A stretch of DNA of 62,045 nucleotides, taken from positions 1-62,045 of the forward strand of contig JACMLL010000033.1 in assembly GCA_014379635.1 (NCBI GenBank). Direction: 5' to 3'. A program made the position numbers and the translations under genes. The notes below the pieces were generated by a model. The model saw only the letters and a list, made by a program, of their open reading frames with translations. It had not been told where the DNA came from and did no database searches. Within the stretch, counting starts at the first letter, position 1. Each line of letters opens with the position of its first letter. This document shows positions 7,738 through 18,570 of this stretch, one piece after another. This DNA comes from Candidatus Saccharimonadota bacterium. GTDB taxonomy: Bacteria; Patescibacteriota; Saccharimonadia; Saccharimonadales; Saccharimonadaceae.

Positions 7738-9018
7738 TCACAACGCTTCAACAGCGTCTACAAATTGCTCGCCGCGATCAATATAATTCTTGAACAAGCC
7801 AAAACTGGCGCTCGCCGGGCTCAACAGCACAACCGAACCCGAATGAGCAACCGAATGAGCCCGTTGGACGATTGTCTGGGCAGTAGGATTAACCATAATT
7901 TCAAAGTCTGTAAATCCAGTTTTCCGACAGCTAGCGGCTATTTTTTCAGCCTCTGCACCAATCAATATAGCCCTCACTTTATGGTGAGTTAGCTCTGTGG
8001 CCAATTCACTAAAATCAGACCCCTTTGATGATCCGCCCAGGATAATAACTTTTGGTTCATCAAAGGCTCTAAGGGCTGCAATCGCCGAGCTGGGGGTTGT
8101 CGCAATACTATCGTCGTAGTAGCGTACCCCTTCTATTTCACGCACAAATTTCAACCGATGAGGCAGTCCCGTAAAGCTACGAAAACCTTTTTCGATTACC
8201 TCTCTGTCATTGGTCAAACTCCAGACCGCCTCAATAGCCGCACAGGCGTTATCTTGATTATGCCGACCAATAATTTGCAGTGCATCAACTGAACAAATTA
8301 ACTGTTCAGCCTGGTAGAATGACCCGTCTCGGATATGGGCTGCACTGACGTCAGGGTATGGAATAGTCTGCGCTGACGAGTGCTGAGCAATCGTCTTGGC
8401 GTACTGGTTTGTTTGGTTATACACAAGAATATCTTGACTTGTTTGATAGTGCGTAATGCGAGCCTTGGCGTTTACATAATCTTGCATACCATCATGCACA
8501 TCAAGGTGCTCCTGCTCTATAAATAAGACTACGGCGATATGAGGCGACGCTTGGATATCCCACAATTGAAAACTTGATAGTTCATAGACAACAATATCTT
8601 CACTTTTAATATCCGCCAGTACATCAAGGGCGGCTACACCAATATTACCCACAAGCCAAACTTTTTTTCCAGCTTCCCTAAGAATACTAGCGATAAGGCT
8701 AGCCGTTGTCCCCTTGCCTTTACTTCCGGTCACTCCAATAATTGGCGCGGGACACTTGGCGAAGAATTCGTTGGTTGCCGACCATATTTTACCGTCAGTT
8801 TTAATTTTCGACGGGTCTAGCCCAGCCGTACGCACCACCAGATCAAATCCGACCAAATTATCGAGAGCATCCTGGCCTATAATCGTCAGGACGCCAGTCG
8901 GAATATCAAGACTCGGCTGACGTTGGTCAACGATTGTTATCTCGTTTGTGAGGTCCGCTGCGTAGTAGCGATAATTTGATACACCTTCGACTCCATAGCC
9001 TGCAATTGCAATCTTCAT
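7738..9018 (-). CDS. murD: UDP-N-acetylmuramoylalanine--D-glutamate ligase
   Basis: GVTGSKGKGTT P-loop, ELSSFQL, TGLPHR, and a LSPASASFGLFKNYIDRGEQF C-terminus, all as in MurD. Confidence 0.88.
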   Translation of the reverse strand: MKIAIAGYGVEGVSNYRYYAADLTNEITIVDQRQPSLDIPTGVLTIIGQDALDNLVGFDLVVRTAGLDPSKIKTDGKIWSATNEFFAKCPAPIIGVTGSKGKGTTASLIASILREAGKKVWLVGNIGVAALDVLADIKSEDIVVYELSSFQLWDIQASPHIAVVLFIEQEHLDVHDGMQDYVNAKARITHYQTSQDILVYNQTNQYAKTIAQHSSAQTIPYPDVSAAHIRDGSFYQAEQLICSVDALQIIGRHNQDNACAAIEAVWSLTNDREVIEKGFRSFTGLPHRLKFVREIEGVRYYDDSIATTPSSAIAALRAFDEPKVIILGGSSKGSDFSELATELTHHKVRAILIGAEAEKIAASCRKTGFTDFEIMVNPTAQTIVQRAHSVAHSGSVVLLSPASASFGLFKNYIDRGEQFVDAVEAL

Positions 9019-9027
9019 AGAACTATT

Positions 9028-10314
9028 CTACCGTGGTTCGAACAATGTTGCTATCTTATCGTTAAGTTCAACTAACTCTTGGCGCTCTCCACTACTGACC
9101 GCGGCCAGTACCCATGTATTGGCATCGATGAATTCACGAGCAGTATCTATCATGCGGTCAAGTGAGACATTCTTTATCATATCCGGTACGGCACCATAAT
9201 TTTTTATAAAATCATCTGCAAAATAACGGCCCGTATAAAAACTACTAATTTGCGAGACGGTTTGGGCGCCCATCTGGTAACGTCCGAGAGCGAATGACTT
9301 AGCCGCCTCTATCTCGCCTTGGTTAATATTTCCATCCAAAACGCAGCGAATTTCGCGCGTAATAATATCGAACAGCTCACTGGCTGTTTCGTGATTAACC
9401 TGACCAATGATATCCCAGCTGCTATCATAATACCCCGCTCCAACATGAGCACTCACATTATAGGCAAGGCCTTTTTGACGAGCCGCGCCAAAAATACGCG
9501 AGTACATCGTGCCCGTCAGAATATGGTTGAGATAATGCATCGAGTCTAACTCCTCGTCACTCAATTCGCGAGGTAGCGCCATGGACCAATTAAAGGTCAG
9601 GTTGGTAGCATCTTTACGGCGAATCACGCTTGGGTTGGCACTCGTCAGCTCGTCACGCGGGACGATGAACCGTTCACCTTCTGGTAACTGGAAACCCTCG
9701 ATTAAACGCTTGATCTCAGCCTTACGGCCACGAAGTTTACCAGCCACAACAAAGCGCATGTTACGGGTCGTGTGCGTACGACGATGATGCTCGCGCACAT
9801 TGGCCAGCGTGACATTGCCAATCGTAAGAAGTGACTGACGATAGGTCAGCACGTCCTCACCAAGTAATTGCTGCACCCGGGGCCACAGCAGACGATGGTG
9901 ATCATTTAAATAATTTGTTAGCTCGCTTCGAACATTACCCCTCTCGGCCTGGAGTTCAACGTCGTTAAATCGAGGCTGACAAATCGCCAATTTTTGAAGA
10001 TCCATAATACGGTCCCACTCAAAATCCGCACAGTCGGCTTCGTATACCATCGACAGATCACTGGTATAGGCGTTTCGATAGGCACCATTTTTAGTAAATT
10101 CCGACTCGAACTCGTGTTCTGTTTTATAGCGTGCATTGGCTCCGAAGGCCATATGTTCCATAATATGGGCAACCTGTTCAATGTCTTTTGCCTTAGTGTA
10201 ACGATTACCAGCCCGAAAGTGAAATTGCATGCTCATAACAGTTGCGCCAGGCACATTAATGAGTAATCCTTTGGCACCATTCTTTAGGCGCACCTCTTCA
10301 ACGGTATGATTCAT
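9028..10314 (-). CDS. M16 family (pitrilysin/insulinase-like) zinc peptidase
   Basis: Inverted zinc motif HIMEH (HxxEH) near the N-terminus. About 430 aa with a two-lobed length. Confidence 0.85.
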   Translation of the reverse strand: MNHTVEEVRLKNGAKGLLINVPGATVMSMQFHFRAGNRYTKAKDIEQVAHIMEHMAFGANARYKTEHEFESEFTKNGAYRNAYTSDLSMVYEADCADFEWDRIMDLQKLAICQPRFNDVELQAERGNVRSELTNYLNDHHRLLWPRVQQLLGEDVLTYRQSLLTIGNVTLANVREHHRRTHTTRNMRFVVAGKLRGRKAEIKRLIEGFQLPEGERFIVPRDELTSANPSVIRRKDATNLTFNWSMALPRELSDEELDSMHYLNHILTGTMYSRIFGAARQKGLAYNVSAHVGAGYYDSSWDIIGQVNHETASELFDIITREIRCVLDGNINQGEIEAAKSFALGRYQMGAQTVSQISSFYTGRYFADDFIKNYGAVPDMIKNVSLDRMIDTAREFIDANTWVLAAVSSGERQELVELNDKIATLFEPR

Positions 10315-10337
10315 ATGACTCTACTTTCTACCACCCG

Positions 10338-12959
10338 TTATTTACGATTAGTTTTACGATTTTGACGTTCAGATTTCTTTTTTTTGCGGACATCATTTTT
10401 TTTCTTGTGTAATAGCTGTAACTCGGTTGCTTTTTTTACTTTGAAATCACTATCTCGACTCAATTCACCACCGGTCACTTCATTGACACCATGTTCGACG
10501 GCGTTCTCGGCCAGTCGGGTCAGTTCGGTGTCGTATTCCTCATCTTGACGAGCTACGACGTCGTGTTTGTGAACATTCATCACTGCCCGTAGAACTTCGT
10601 CTCGTAATGTTGCCTGCAAACTACTGAATAAGTTTTGGGCTTCGCTGCGGTACTCGACCAGCGGATCGCGTTGTCCAACGCTTCGCCAATGAATCCCCTC
10701 TCGAAGGTGTTGCATATTCTCGAGGTGTTGCATCCATAGCGTATCAAGCACCTGCAAATAAACTTCACGTTCAACTTTTCGGACGACATCTTCGTCAAGT
10801 TCTTGCTCTTTAGCTTTATAAAGTTTATCGACTTCTCTGCGAGCCAGCTCAAGGCGTGACTTATCATTCTTTTCATCGCCGATAGCTTTCAGTTTCTTGT
10901 CACTGAGTGGAAAAATAGCTTCAAACTCTTTGGCAAAGTTCTTTCTGTTTTTTGCTGGCAACGCAGTTAATTCGCGTAGCTTAGCGTCAAGCAAAAGCTC
11001 CATCTCGGGTTTAATATCACTTCCCTCAAGAATCTTGCGTCGAATCGTATAAACGACTCGACGATGGCGATTAATCACATTATCGTACTGTACGACATTT
11101 TTACGAGTATCAAAATTATAGCCTTCAACCCGTTTTTGAGCAGCTTCGAGCGTTTTTGAAACCGCTGCATTCTGAATAGGCGTATCCTCATCAACCCCAA
11201 GCCGATCCATCAGACTGGCGATACGCTCGCCTTGAAAGATACGCATCAGGTCATCTTCGGTAGAAACGTAAAATTGAGTTTCACCTGGATCGCCCTGACG
11301 GCCACCACGGCCACGAAGTTGGTTATCAATACGACGAGATTCATGGCGCTCAGAGCCAAGCACAACCAGCCCGCCCAGCTCGACAACTCCTTCGCCGAGT
11401 TTGATGTCGGTCCCACGTCCGGCGATGTTCGTCGCGAGTGTGATAGAGCCCTTTTGACCAGCTTTTTCAATAATTGCCGCTTCCCGTTCATTATTTTTAG
11501 CGTTCAAAAGTTCGTATGGCACACCTTCCTTGTCAAGCCAACCAGCAATGAGCTCATTTTTGGCAATTGAAGCCGACCCGACCAAAACAGGACGACCTTG
11601 GGTATGATATTCTTTGATGGCATGAGCAACTGCCTTTAATTTACCTTTTTCTGTTTTAAAGATAAGATCCTGCTTATCGGTGCGATCAATTGGTCGGTTA
11701 GATGGAACCTGAACCACATCAAGGCTATAAATTTGCTGAAATTCTTCGGCTTCGGTAAAGGCAGTACCTGTCATACCAGACAGCTTTTTATACAGACGGA
11801 AGTAATTCTGAAACGAGACAGTTGCCAAGGTCATGCTCTCTTGGAGGACAGGGACCGCTTCTTTGGCTTCAATCGCCTGGTGTAAGCCTTCGTTATAGCG
11901 ACGTCCTTGCATCAGACGCCCCGTAAACTCGTCAACAATAATCACTTCACCATCGTTGGTAACGACATAATCTTTATCGCGCTTAAAGAGGGTTTGAGCC
12001 CGTAACGCTTGGTCAATATGATACACCGAACGAACGTAATCCGGGCTGTATAAGTTTTTGACTCCAAGGAGCTGTTGGATTTTCTCAACACCCTCATCAG
12101 TCAAGGCAACACTTCGACGCTTCTCGTCCAGGATGTAGTCACTTTCAGTCAGTTGAGCGCCAATTTTTGCAAATTGATAGTAACTGTCAGGATTTTCAGC
12201 AGCTGGGGCACTAATAATAAGAGGTGTTCGAGCTTCGTCAATCAAAATACTATCGACTTCGTCCACAATAGCAAAGTGCAGGTCACGCTGACGAAGCAAA
12301 TCGACTTCGTTGACCATGTTATCGCGTAGGTAGTCAAACCCAAACTCATTGTTAGTTCCGTAGGTAACATCGGCGGCGTACGCCTCCTTACGAGTCACTG
12401 GTCGTAGGCGTTTCATGCGAGGATCGTCGTGTGATTCATTGTTGTACGACGGATCATACATAAACGAGGCCTCGTTAATAATGACACCTGTCGAGAGGCC
12501 CAAGAAATGATAAAGTTCGCCCATCCAGCTAGCATCACGCTGCGCCAGGTAGTCGTTGACGGTGACAACATGAACACCTTTTTCTTCCAGTGCATTCAAA
12601 TAGACAGGTAGGGTTGCAACAAGAGTCTTGCCCTCACCTGTTTTCATCTCGGCTACGTTGCCCTCATGCAAGGCCATGCCGCCGATAAGCTGCACGTCGA
12701 AAGGACGCATGCCGAGCACACGATCAGCCGCTTCGCGAACTAATGCAAAAGCGTCCGGCAACAGGCTATCAAGAGTCGTTCCTTTTTTTTGTAACTGTTT
12801 TTTCAGAACTTCAGTTTGTTTTTTAAGATCACCTTTTGAAAACTTGGCGTATTTATCAGCCAAAACATTGATGAGTCCGACTTTTTTTTGCAGCACCTTT
12901 AAAATCTTAACTTGTGGGTCACCAAAAATCTTGGTTAACACCTTTTGCCTACTTACCAT
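10338..12959 (-). CDS. secA: Preprotein translocase ATPase SecA
   Basis: MKTGEGKTLVATLP Walker A, a DEVDSILIDEARTPLIIS DEAD-like box, and TNIAGRGTDIKLG. The ORF-track start (12965) is TTG, while the ATG at 12959 has a GAGGG Shine-Dalgarno sequence. Confidence 0.95.
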   Translation of the reverse strand: MVSRQKVLTKIFGDPQVKILKVLQKKVGLINVLADKYAKFSKGDLKKQTEVLKKQLQKKGTTLDSLLPDAFALVREAADRVLGMRPFDVQLIGGMALHEGNVAEMKTGEGKTLVATLPVYLNALEEKGVHVVTVNDYLAQRDASWMGELYHFLGLSTGVIINEASFMYDPSYNNESHDDPRMKRLRPVTRKEAYAADVTYGTNNEFGFDYLRDNMVNEVDLLRQRDLHFAIVDEVDSILIDEARTPLIISAPAAENPDSYYQFAKIGAQLTESDYILDEKRRSVALTDEGVEKIQQLLGVKNLYSPDYVRSVYHIDQALRAQTLFKRDKDYVVTNDGEVIIVDEFTGRLMQGRRYNEGLHQAIEAKEAVPVLQESMTLATVSFQNYFRLYKKLSGMTGTAFTEAEEFQQIYSLDVVQVPSNRPIDRTDKQDLIFKTEKGKLKAVAHAIKEYHTQGRPVLVGSASIAKNELIAGWLDKEGVPYELLNAKNNEREAAIIEKAGQKGSITLATNIAGRGTDIKLGEGVVELGGLVVLGSERHESRRIDNQLRGRGGRQGDPGETQFYVSTEDDLMRIFQGERIASLMDRLGVDEDTPIQNAAVSKTLEAAQKRVEGYNFDTRKNVVQYDNVINRHRRVVYTIRRKILEGSDIKPEMELLLDAKLRELTALPAKNRKNFAKEFEAIFPLSDKKLKAIGDEKNDKSRLELARREVDKLYKAKEQELDEDVVRKVEREVYLQVLDTLWMQHLENMQHLREGIHWRSVGQRDPLVEYRSEAQNLFSSLQATLRDEVLRAVMNVHKHDVVARQDEEYDTELTRLAENAVEHGVNEVTGGELSRDSDFKVKKATELQLLHKKKNDVRKKKKSERQNRKTNRK

Positions 12960-13045
12960 AATCAATAACCCTCACTTATCAGAAACTTCTGTAAAATTCT
13001 CTATGTATTATACGGCCAGAAGGAGGATTGGACAAGGTGTTAGTT

Positions 13046-13417
13046 TTATAGTTCGCGCGCGTAACTACGCTTGAAGCGACTCATGACACCTCGTCTTCCA
13101 ACGTGCGCAATCGTGGATTGCTTGTATTTGCGCAGTTGTGAGACGATTTTTGACTCTACAATATCAACCGCCGCAAGCATATTGCCTGTTGAATCAGTTG
13201 CGGTGAGGATTTTGTCAGGCACCGACAGTACTATCTCGGCTTCGTATTTATTACCGTGGTCTCGATTGACCTGTTTAAGTTTAACCTCGGCCGTCACACT
13301 CTTGCGTGCGTGGCGAGGCAGATAACGATCTAATCTTCCAATCTTTTTTTTGACATACTGCTTGGTCGTCTCATCCAGGTCATATTTAATTCCTGTGATT
13401 TCGATTGATTTGATCAT
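13046..13417 (-). CDS. hpf: Ribosome hibernation promoting factor / RaiA family (short form)
   Basis: MIKSIEITGIKYDLDETTKQYVKKKIGRLDRYL is a typical HPF/YfiA N-terminus. AGGAGGG Shine-Dalgarno sequence. Confidence 0.85.
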   Translation of the reverse strand: MIKSIEITGIKYDLDETTKQYVKKKIGRLDRYLPRHARKSVTAEVKLKQVNRDHGNKYEAEIVLSVPDKILTATDSTGNMLAAVDIVESKIVSQLRKYKQSTIAHVGRRGVMSRFKRSYAREL

Positions 13418-13494
13418 GTGCTACCCTCCTATTTGGTTTGGTTGGTAGTTTTATTATAACACTCTAACCCAAGCTACGCCTGTAAGTTTACAGA

Positions 13495-14787
13495 TTAAAT
13501 AATCTCTCGTCCACCAAGATACGGGCGAAGGACCTCAGGGACGCGTACATCACCTTCGGCTGTTTGATAGTTTTCTATAATGGCGATTAACGGACGCTGA
13601 GACAACACAGTAGCATCGTTAGTGTGAATCAGCTCAACACCATCTTTGCCGCGGTAACGCGTCTTGAGGCGCCTCGCTTGATAGTCAGTCATATAGTCAG
13701 CGGTATGAGTCTCGCGATATTTATCCTGCCCTGGTAGCCATACATCAATATCGACGCCTCGGGCATTCGGCTTACCAATATCAGCCGTACACTTCATCAC
13801 AACTCGGTAGGGTAGCCCAAGACTACTCATCAAGTATTCTTGAACAGCAACCATCAACAAGTGCTCGTCAAGCGACCGGTCTGGTGAGGCTAAACTCTCC
13901 ATCTCCATCTTGTCGAACTGGTGCATGCGAATAATACCTTCCATATCCTTACCGTACGTACCAGCCTCTTTACGGAAGCTGGTAGCATAGCCAACATAGC
14001 GCACTGGTAAATCGTCGTGATTAAAAATTTCGTCAGCGTGCATACTTCCAAGTACGTGCTCAGCACTTCCCTGCAACCAAAGCTCTTCGCCTTCGATCTT
14101 GTAACGATCATCACGCGGCTCAAGACGATCCATCGCATCGTAAAGCTCGGTTTTAATCATTGATGGTGGTAGTACCGGTATAAATGGCTTCGAGCTTACC
14201 TCGAGACCGGCTTTTTCGATAATGGCCTTTAGTACCAGTTCATCGCATAGCTGATTCATCGCCCACTGCATCATCGCCCACTGTAGGCGCACTAAATCGC
14301 CCTTAACGTAAGCAAACCGACTGCCAGCCACTTTAGCGGCCCGCTCTTTATCGATCCAGCCTTTGGCCTCGGCAATTTCAGCATGATTTTTAGGCGTAAA
14401 TTCGAACTTTGTTGGCTCGCCAACCACTTTCGAAATAACATTTTCGTCTTCACTGGCGCCAACTGGCACGTCGCTCGTTGCAACGTTAGGAACTTGCTTT
14501 ATAAGTACAGTGAATGTATCGTCAACGGCGCGCAGAGACATCTCGACAGTCGCTAGTTCGTCTTTGATTGATGTAGCCTCAGCAATCAGGTCGTCCGATG
14601 GCCTGCCGCCCTTTAGCTGTGAGGAAATAGTGTTTCGTTTTTCACGCAGAGTATCTGCCTGAGACAAAAGGCGACGGCGTATTTCGTCTTGACGAAGCAG
14701 TTCGTCAATATTGACGTCGTAACCTTTGTTTTTGGCATTTTCTTTGACTAGGTCGGGATTTTCTCTGATGAAACGAATATCTAACAT
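13495..14787 (-). CDS. serS: Seryl-tRNA synthetase
   Basis: MLDIRFIRENPDLVKENAKNKG, an N-terminal coiled-coil arm, and a class II core (TSFRKEAG, GSAEH). Confidence 0.95.
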   Translation of the reverse strand: MLDIRFIRENPDLVKENAKNKGYDVNIDELLRQDEIRRRLLSQADTLREKRNTISSQLKGGRPSDDLIAEATSIKDELATVEMSLRAVDDTFTVLIKQVPNVATSDVPVGASEDENVISKVVGEPTKFEFTPKNHAEIAEAKGWIDKERAAKVAGSRFAYVKGDLVRLQWAMMQWAMNQLCDELVLKAIIEKAGLEVSSKPFIPVLPPSMIKTELYDAMDRLEPRDDRYKIEGEELWLQGSAEHVLGSMHADEIFNHDDLPVRYVGYATSFRKEAGTYGKDMEGIIRMHQFDKMEMESLASPDRSLDEHLLMVAVQEYLMSSLGLPYRVVMKCTADIGKPNARGVDIDVWLPGQDKYRETHTADYMTDYQARRLKTRYRGKDGVELIHTNDATVLSQRPLIAIIENYQTAEGDVRVPEVLRPYLGGREII

Positions 14788-14813
14788 AGTATTTATTGTA
14801 TCAAATTTATCTG

Positions 14814-16172
14814 TTATTCCGTACGAAGTGCTTCGATTGGATCAAGCTTGGAAGCTTTACGAGCGGGAAAATAGCCTGCCAGCATCGCAATCGCCATCAA
14901 AACAATGACCAAAAATATAATTGGAATAGGTTGGAATATCAACAGATAATTACCGTCACCCAGTGTCAACTGGCGGGTTATCCAAGGGTTTAACGCAAGG
15001 CCTGTCGCTACGGCAATAACCGCCCCGATTGTGCCACCCAAGAATCCAATCCAGGCCGCTTCAAACTGAAACAATCGGCTGACATGACGGCCGCGCATAC
15101 CCAAAGCTTTCATGAGACCTATCTCACGGGTCCGTTCCAGAACAGATATATACTGCGTATTAACAATCCCAAAGACACTCGTAATGAGAGCGAGAACACC
15201 AAATCCAATCACGATACCCTGCAGAATATTTACGATAGTAAACAGTAATCCCTGCAGGTCTTTGGCTGTTTGAACGCCGTACCCTTTCGCGACTAGTGCC
15301 TGTTTGACACTCGCAGGGTCAACACCTTGCTTTACGCTAGCGGTAGCGATGCTGTACTTGTGGTAACTGCTAGTTCCTTCGGTGCTAAACTCTGACAATT
15401 CCTTGGCCTGAACATTGCTGACTTGTACGTTTGACATTGCCGTCAGGGCAGTAGCTGATTTTCCAACAATGGCAACCACTTTAAATTGAACATCTTTTGG
15501 TTGTGGTGCCCCGAGCTGTTGAATCGCGGCAGCGCCCTGGGTAAGTGCCGCCTGGATTTGCGCCTGCGTTGGCGTTGGCGTGCGCTCAAAGTGAATCGTT
15601 ACCGTTGCGCCGATGGCGTCTTGGGCATACTTAAAACCAAGCAAAGACACGTACGCTTCGGGTAAGGCAATCTCGCCATCGGCAATTGACGTGCGAAGTG
15701 CCGGTAAGCTTCCGGCGGCAACAGTCTGAGTGACACCCGAGTCGTACTGGGTGACATCTGCTGTATACTTTTTCTGACCTGGACGAGTCATATATTGAGC
15801 GTTAATGGTATACGCCGGGTTGATACTGACGATATCGGCACGGGCAGCGATAGCGTCAATATCATCCTGCGTTAACTGCTTGATGACGGTTCTTCCAGTA
15901 GCTCGCATCAATAGACTGGCGTTCGGGTCGTACTCCTGAGGTCCGGTTTGGCCACCTTCAAAAAAGCTCTTGTCTTTGGCGATTGCCAATATCTGCGGAT
16001 CAATATTTGTTGTCAAAAGCGTATTGGCATATTGGCGCGCTCCCTCTCCGGCAGCAATGGCGAGAGTCAGCGTAAAAGCCCCGACGGCAATGGCAAGGCT
16101 GGTCAGGATAGTGCGGGCTTTGGCATGCTTCAGGCTACGACCCGCCCGACGAACAATATCAAAAGTTTTCAT
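14814..16172 (-). CDS. ABC transporter permease, FtsX/MacB type with a large periplasmic-type domain
   Basis: One TM, an extracytoplasmic region of about 250 aa, and three C-terminal TM segments. The start overlaps the stop of the ATPase gene (TAATG). Confidence 0.85.
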   Translation of the reverse strand: MKTFDIVRRAGRSLKHAKARTILTSLAIAVGAFTLTLAIAAGEGARQYANTLLTTNIDPQILAIAKDKSFFEGGQTGPQEYDPNASLLMRATGRTVIKQLTQDDIDAIAARADIVSINPAYTINAQYMTRPGQKKYTADVTQYDSGVTQTVAAGSLPALRTSIADGEIALPEAYVSLLGFKYAQDAIGATVTIHFERTPTPTQAQIQAALTQGAAAIQQLGAPQPKDVQFKVVAIVGKSATALTAMSNVQVSNVQAKELSEFSTEGTSSYHKYSIATASVKQGVDPASVKQALVAKGYGVQTAKDLQGLLFTIVNILQGIVIGFGVLALITSVFGIVNTQYISVLERTREIGLMKALGMRGRHVSRLFQFEAAWIGFLGGTIGAVIAVATGLALNPWITRQLTLGDGNYLLIFQPIPIIFLVIVLMAIAMLAGYFPARKASKLDPIEALRTE

Positions 16173-16855
16173 TATTTGTCACCTCCCATAATTCGATCAA
16201 TCTTTCCGTCTTTTAGATAGATCTGCATGTCACATTTAGCGGCTAATTCTTCATCATGAGTCACGACGACAAGTGTACTTCCGCCTTGTTTATTGAGACC
16301 GAACAGTAGCTTTTCAATAGACGCGCCGGTCGTGGTATCTAAATTACCTGTTGGCTCATCAGCAAAAATAATACGTGGCTTATTAACAATCGCCCGCGCA
16401 ATCGCTAGGCGCTGCTTTTGACCACCAGACAGATTGCCTGCTTTTTGCTTCTCTTTGTCGCTCAGTCCAACTACTCGTAGGGCTGCAATAACCCGCTTAG
16501 TACGTGCGCTTGCAGACATACTAGCAATTTCAAGCGGCAAGGCAACGTTCTCGAACGATGACTCGTTGGCCTGCACAAAAAAAGCCTGAAAAATAAATCC
16601 AATTTTTTCTGATCGAAACTTATCAACCGCTTTGGCCTTCAATCGCAAGATATCGACACCGTCGACAATCACTTCGCCAGCTTCTGGGCGATCGAGACCG
16701 CTCATGACATGCATCAGGGTAGACTTACCCGAACCAGATCTACCAACGATTGCCACGCTCGCTCCGTCGGGAACGACAAAATTAATATCATCAAGCGCCG
16801 TAAATGTAGTTTGCTTTTTACCGTACGTTTTTGTGATATGTCGCACTTCAATCAT
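16172..16855 (-). CDS. ABC transporter ATP-binding protein (MacB/LolD-like)
   Basis: GRSGSGKST, LSGGQKQRLAIARA and IIFADEPTGNLD. The ATG at 16855 follows an AGGAGGG Shine-Dalgarno sequence. The ORF-track start is a TTG one codon upstream. Confidence 0.9.
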   Translation of the reverse strand: MIEVRHITKTYGKKQTTFTALDDINFVVPDGASVAIVGRSGSGKSTLMHVMSGLDRPEAGEVIVDGVDILRLKAKAVDKFRSEKIGFIFQAFFVQANESSFENVALPLEIASMSASARTKRVIAALRVVGLSDKEKQKAGNLSGGQKQRLAIARAIVNKPRIIFADEPTGNLDTTTGASIEKLLFGLNKQGGSTLVVVTHDEELAAKCDMQIYLKDGKIDRIMGGDK

Positions 16856-16981
16856 CAAATACCCTCCTGTGACGCTTTTGTAAGCTTACGCCATATCTAA
16901 AAATAATACCCAACTATCTTAACATTGCTAGTGGTTAAACAGAAATATTCAGACGAAAACCCTACCAGTCAATCGTCTTGG

Positions 16982-18493
16982 TTATGGCAAAGTAATGTCA
17001 GGGTAAATCCCGCGTGTCACATCGTCATAGTCGCTCCGCAGCTGCGGAAATGGTACACCTTCACGAGCCGTTACGCCTTCAAAAATCCAAAAGACTCGTT
17101 CACTAAAGCCCCAACCACAGGCTGGCGGCATGCCATATTCAAGCATTTCAACATAATCGATATCAAGCATCATCGCTTCGTCATCGCCACTGTCGCGCAT
17201 TGTTTGTTGCTCGACAAAGCGATTCAACTGGTCAACTGGGTCATTAAGCTCCGAAAAGCCATTGCCGAGCTCGCTGCCGGCAATAATAGGCTGGAACCGC
17301 TGGACTGTGCGGACATCTCCGGGATTAGTCTTTGCTAGTGGACTGATAAACGTTGGGGTATTAATCAGCCAGACGGGACCGACGACGTCTTTGCGTATAT
17401 TTTTCCAAAGCTTGTCGATACCGCGGGCTCTGTTTTCGGTCTGCTCAACTTCGAGTTTGTTGTCAGCTAGGGCTTTTTTTACCTCATCCAGTGACGATTC
17501 ATGGACATCAATACCGTAACGGTCTTTAATGACGGTCGCATAATCCCATATCTCCCAGTCAACATTCATATCGACGTGTTTACCGCCTAGGTCAAACTCG
17601 AGCGTTCCGAATGTTTCTTGTAGAGTAAACTTGTACATGTCAGTCATAAATTGCATACCGTCTTGCCAATTAGCGTATGCCCAATACCACTCCATAGCCA
17701 CATGTTCTGGCAAATGCTCGTCGCTATAGTTTTCATTCCTAAATCGTGGACCAATATCGTACACTTTTTCAAAACCAGCGCCAAGCAGACGCTTCAGCGG
17801 CAGTTCGTGGCTAATGCGCAAATAAAAATTCTGGTCCAGAGCGTCCATATGAGTCACGAATGGATTTGCGTCAGCCCCACCGGTTGTATGTTCGAGTACA
17901 GGAATATTAATCTCTATGAAGTCGTGTCGATTCAGATAGTCACGTGTGGCCTGCCAAAACTTACTTCGACGCACAAAACGATTGCGCACGTCCTGATTAA
18001 CGTTCATGTCGATATAACGACGACGCATACGTTCTTCTTTGTTAGTAAAACCTTCTTGAGCGCTCGGCATTGGACGCAACGCCTTTGAAAGAAGCCGGAA
18101 ATTAGTTACAAATATAGAAATTTCGCCGGTCTTACTTTTGATAATTTCTCCGGTCGCTTCGACAAAATCACCCGTGTCAAGCAGTGGTAAATCGGCCATA
18201 CCAAGTTGACCAAGAGTCTGGTTGCGCTCGCCCACACGACCATCTTGAAAAAATAGCTGTATCTCGCCACTAAAATCCTTGACGACGATAAATGCCAATT
18301 TACCAAACTTCCGAATACCGACAATCCGACCTGCAACAGTCGCTGTTTGACCTTGCAATTCGTCAAAATGACCGATAATATCACCCGTCGCTTGTGTCCG
18401 ATGGGCATCCGCCGGATAGGGATTAATACCTATCAGTTTTAGTTCATCTAATTTTCTGAGCCGCTCATTTCGAAAATCTTTTAGTGTCGCCAT
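16982..18493 (-). CDS. lysS: Lysyl-tRNA synthetase (class II)
   Basis: MATLKDFRNERLRKLDEL, an OB anticodon-binding domain, and a class II core (FRNE, GGADA). The ORF-track TTG start at 18520 sits in the greA terminator hairpin, so I prefer the ATG at 18493. Confidence 0.93.
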   Translation of the reverse strand: MATLKDFRNERLRKLDELKLIGINPYPADAHRTQATGDIIGHFDELQGQTATVAGRIVGIRKFGKLAFIVVKDFSGEIQLFFQDGRVGERNQTLGQLGMADLPLLDTGDFVEATGEIIKSKTGEISIFVTNFRLLSKALRPMPSAQEGFTNKEERMRRRYIDMNVNQDVRNRFVRRSKFWQATRDYLNRHDFIEINIPVLEHTTGGADANPFVTHMDALDQNFYLRISHELPLKRLLGAGFEKVYDIGPRFRNENYSDEHLPEHVAMEWYWAYANWQDGMQFMTDMYKFTLQETFGTLEFDLGGKHVDMNVDWEIWDYATVIKDRYGIDVHESSLDEVKKALADNKLEVEQTENRARGIDKLWKNIRKDVVGPVWLINTPTFISPLAKTNPGDVRTVQRFQPIIAGSELGNGFSELNDPVDQLNRFVEQQTMRDSGDDEAMMLDIDYVEMLEYGMPPACGWGFSERVFWIFEGVTAREGVPFPQLRSDYDDVTRGIYPDITLP

Positions 18494-18518
18494 ATCCACT
18501 GCAGTATAGCATAAATAC

Positions 18519-18551
18519 AATTATCCACCGCTCAACTGGCGGTGGATAATT
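18519..18551 (-). terminator. Intrinsic terminator after greA
   Basis: 13-bp perfect stem aattatccaccgc / gcggtggataatt with a 7-nt loop, followed by a T-rich tract on the minus strand. Confidence 0.65.
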
Positions 18552-18570
18552 GCCTTAGAATCGCTAAAAT

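Noticed and set aside
18519-18551. Inverted pair of DnaA-box-like 9-mers (TTATCCACC / GGTGGATAA), a possible origin element.
   Set aside because: It is a single perfect palindrome placed exactly at the greA 3' end and followed by a T-tract, so it behaves as an intrinsic terminator. There is no cluster of boxes, AT-rich unwinding element or dnaA nearby.
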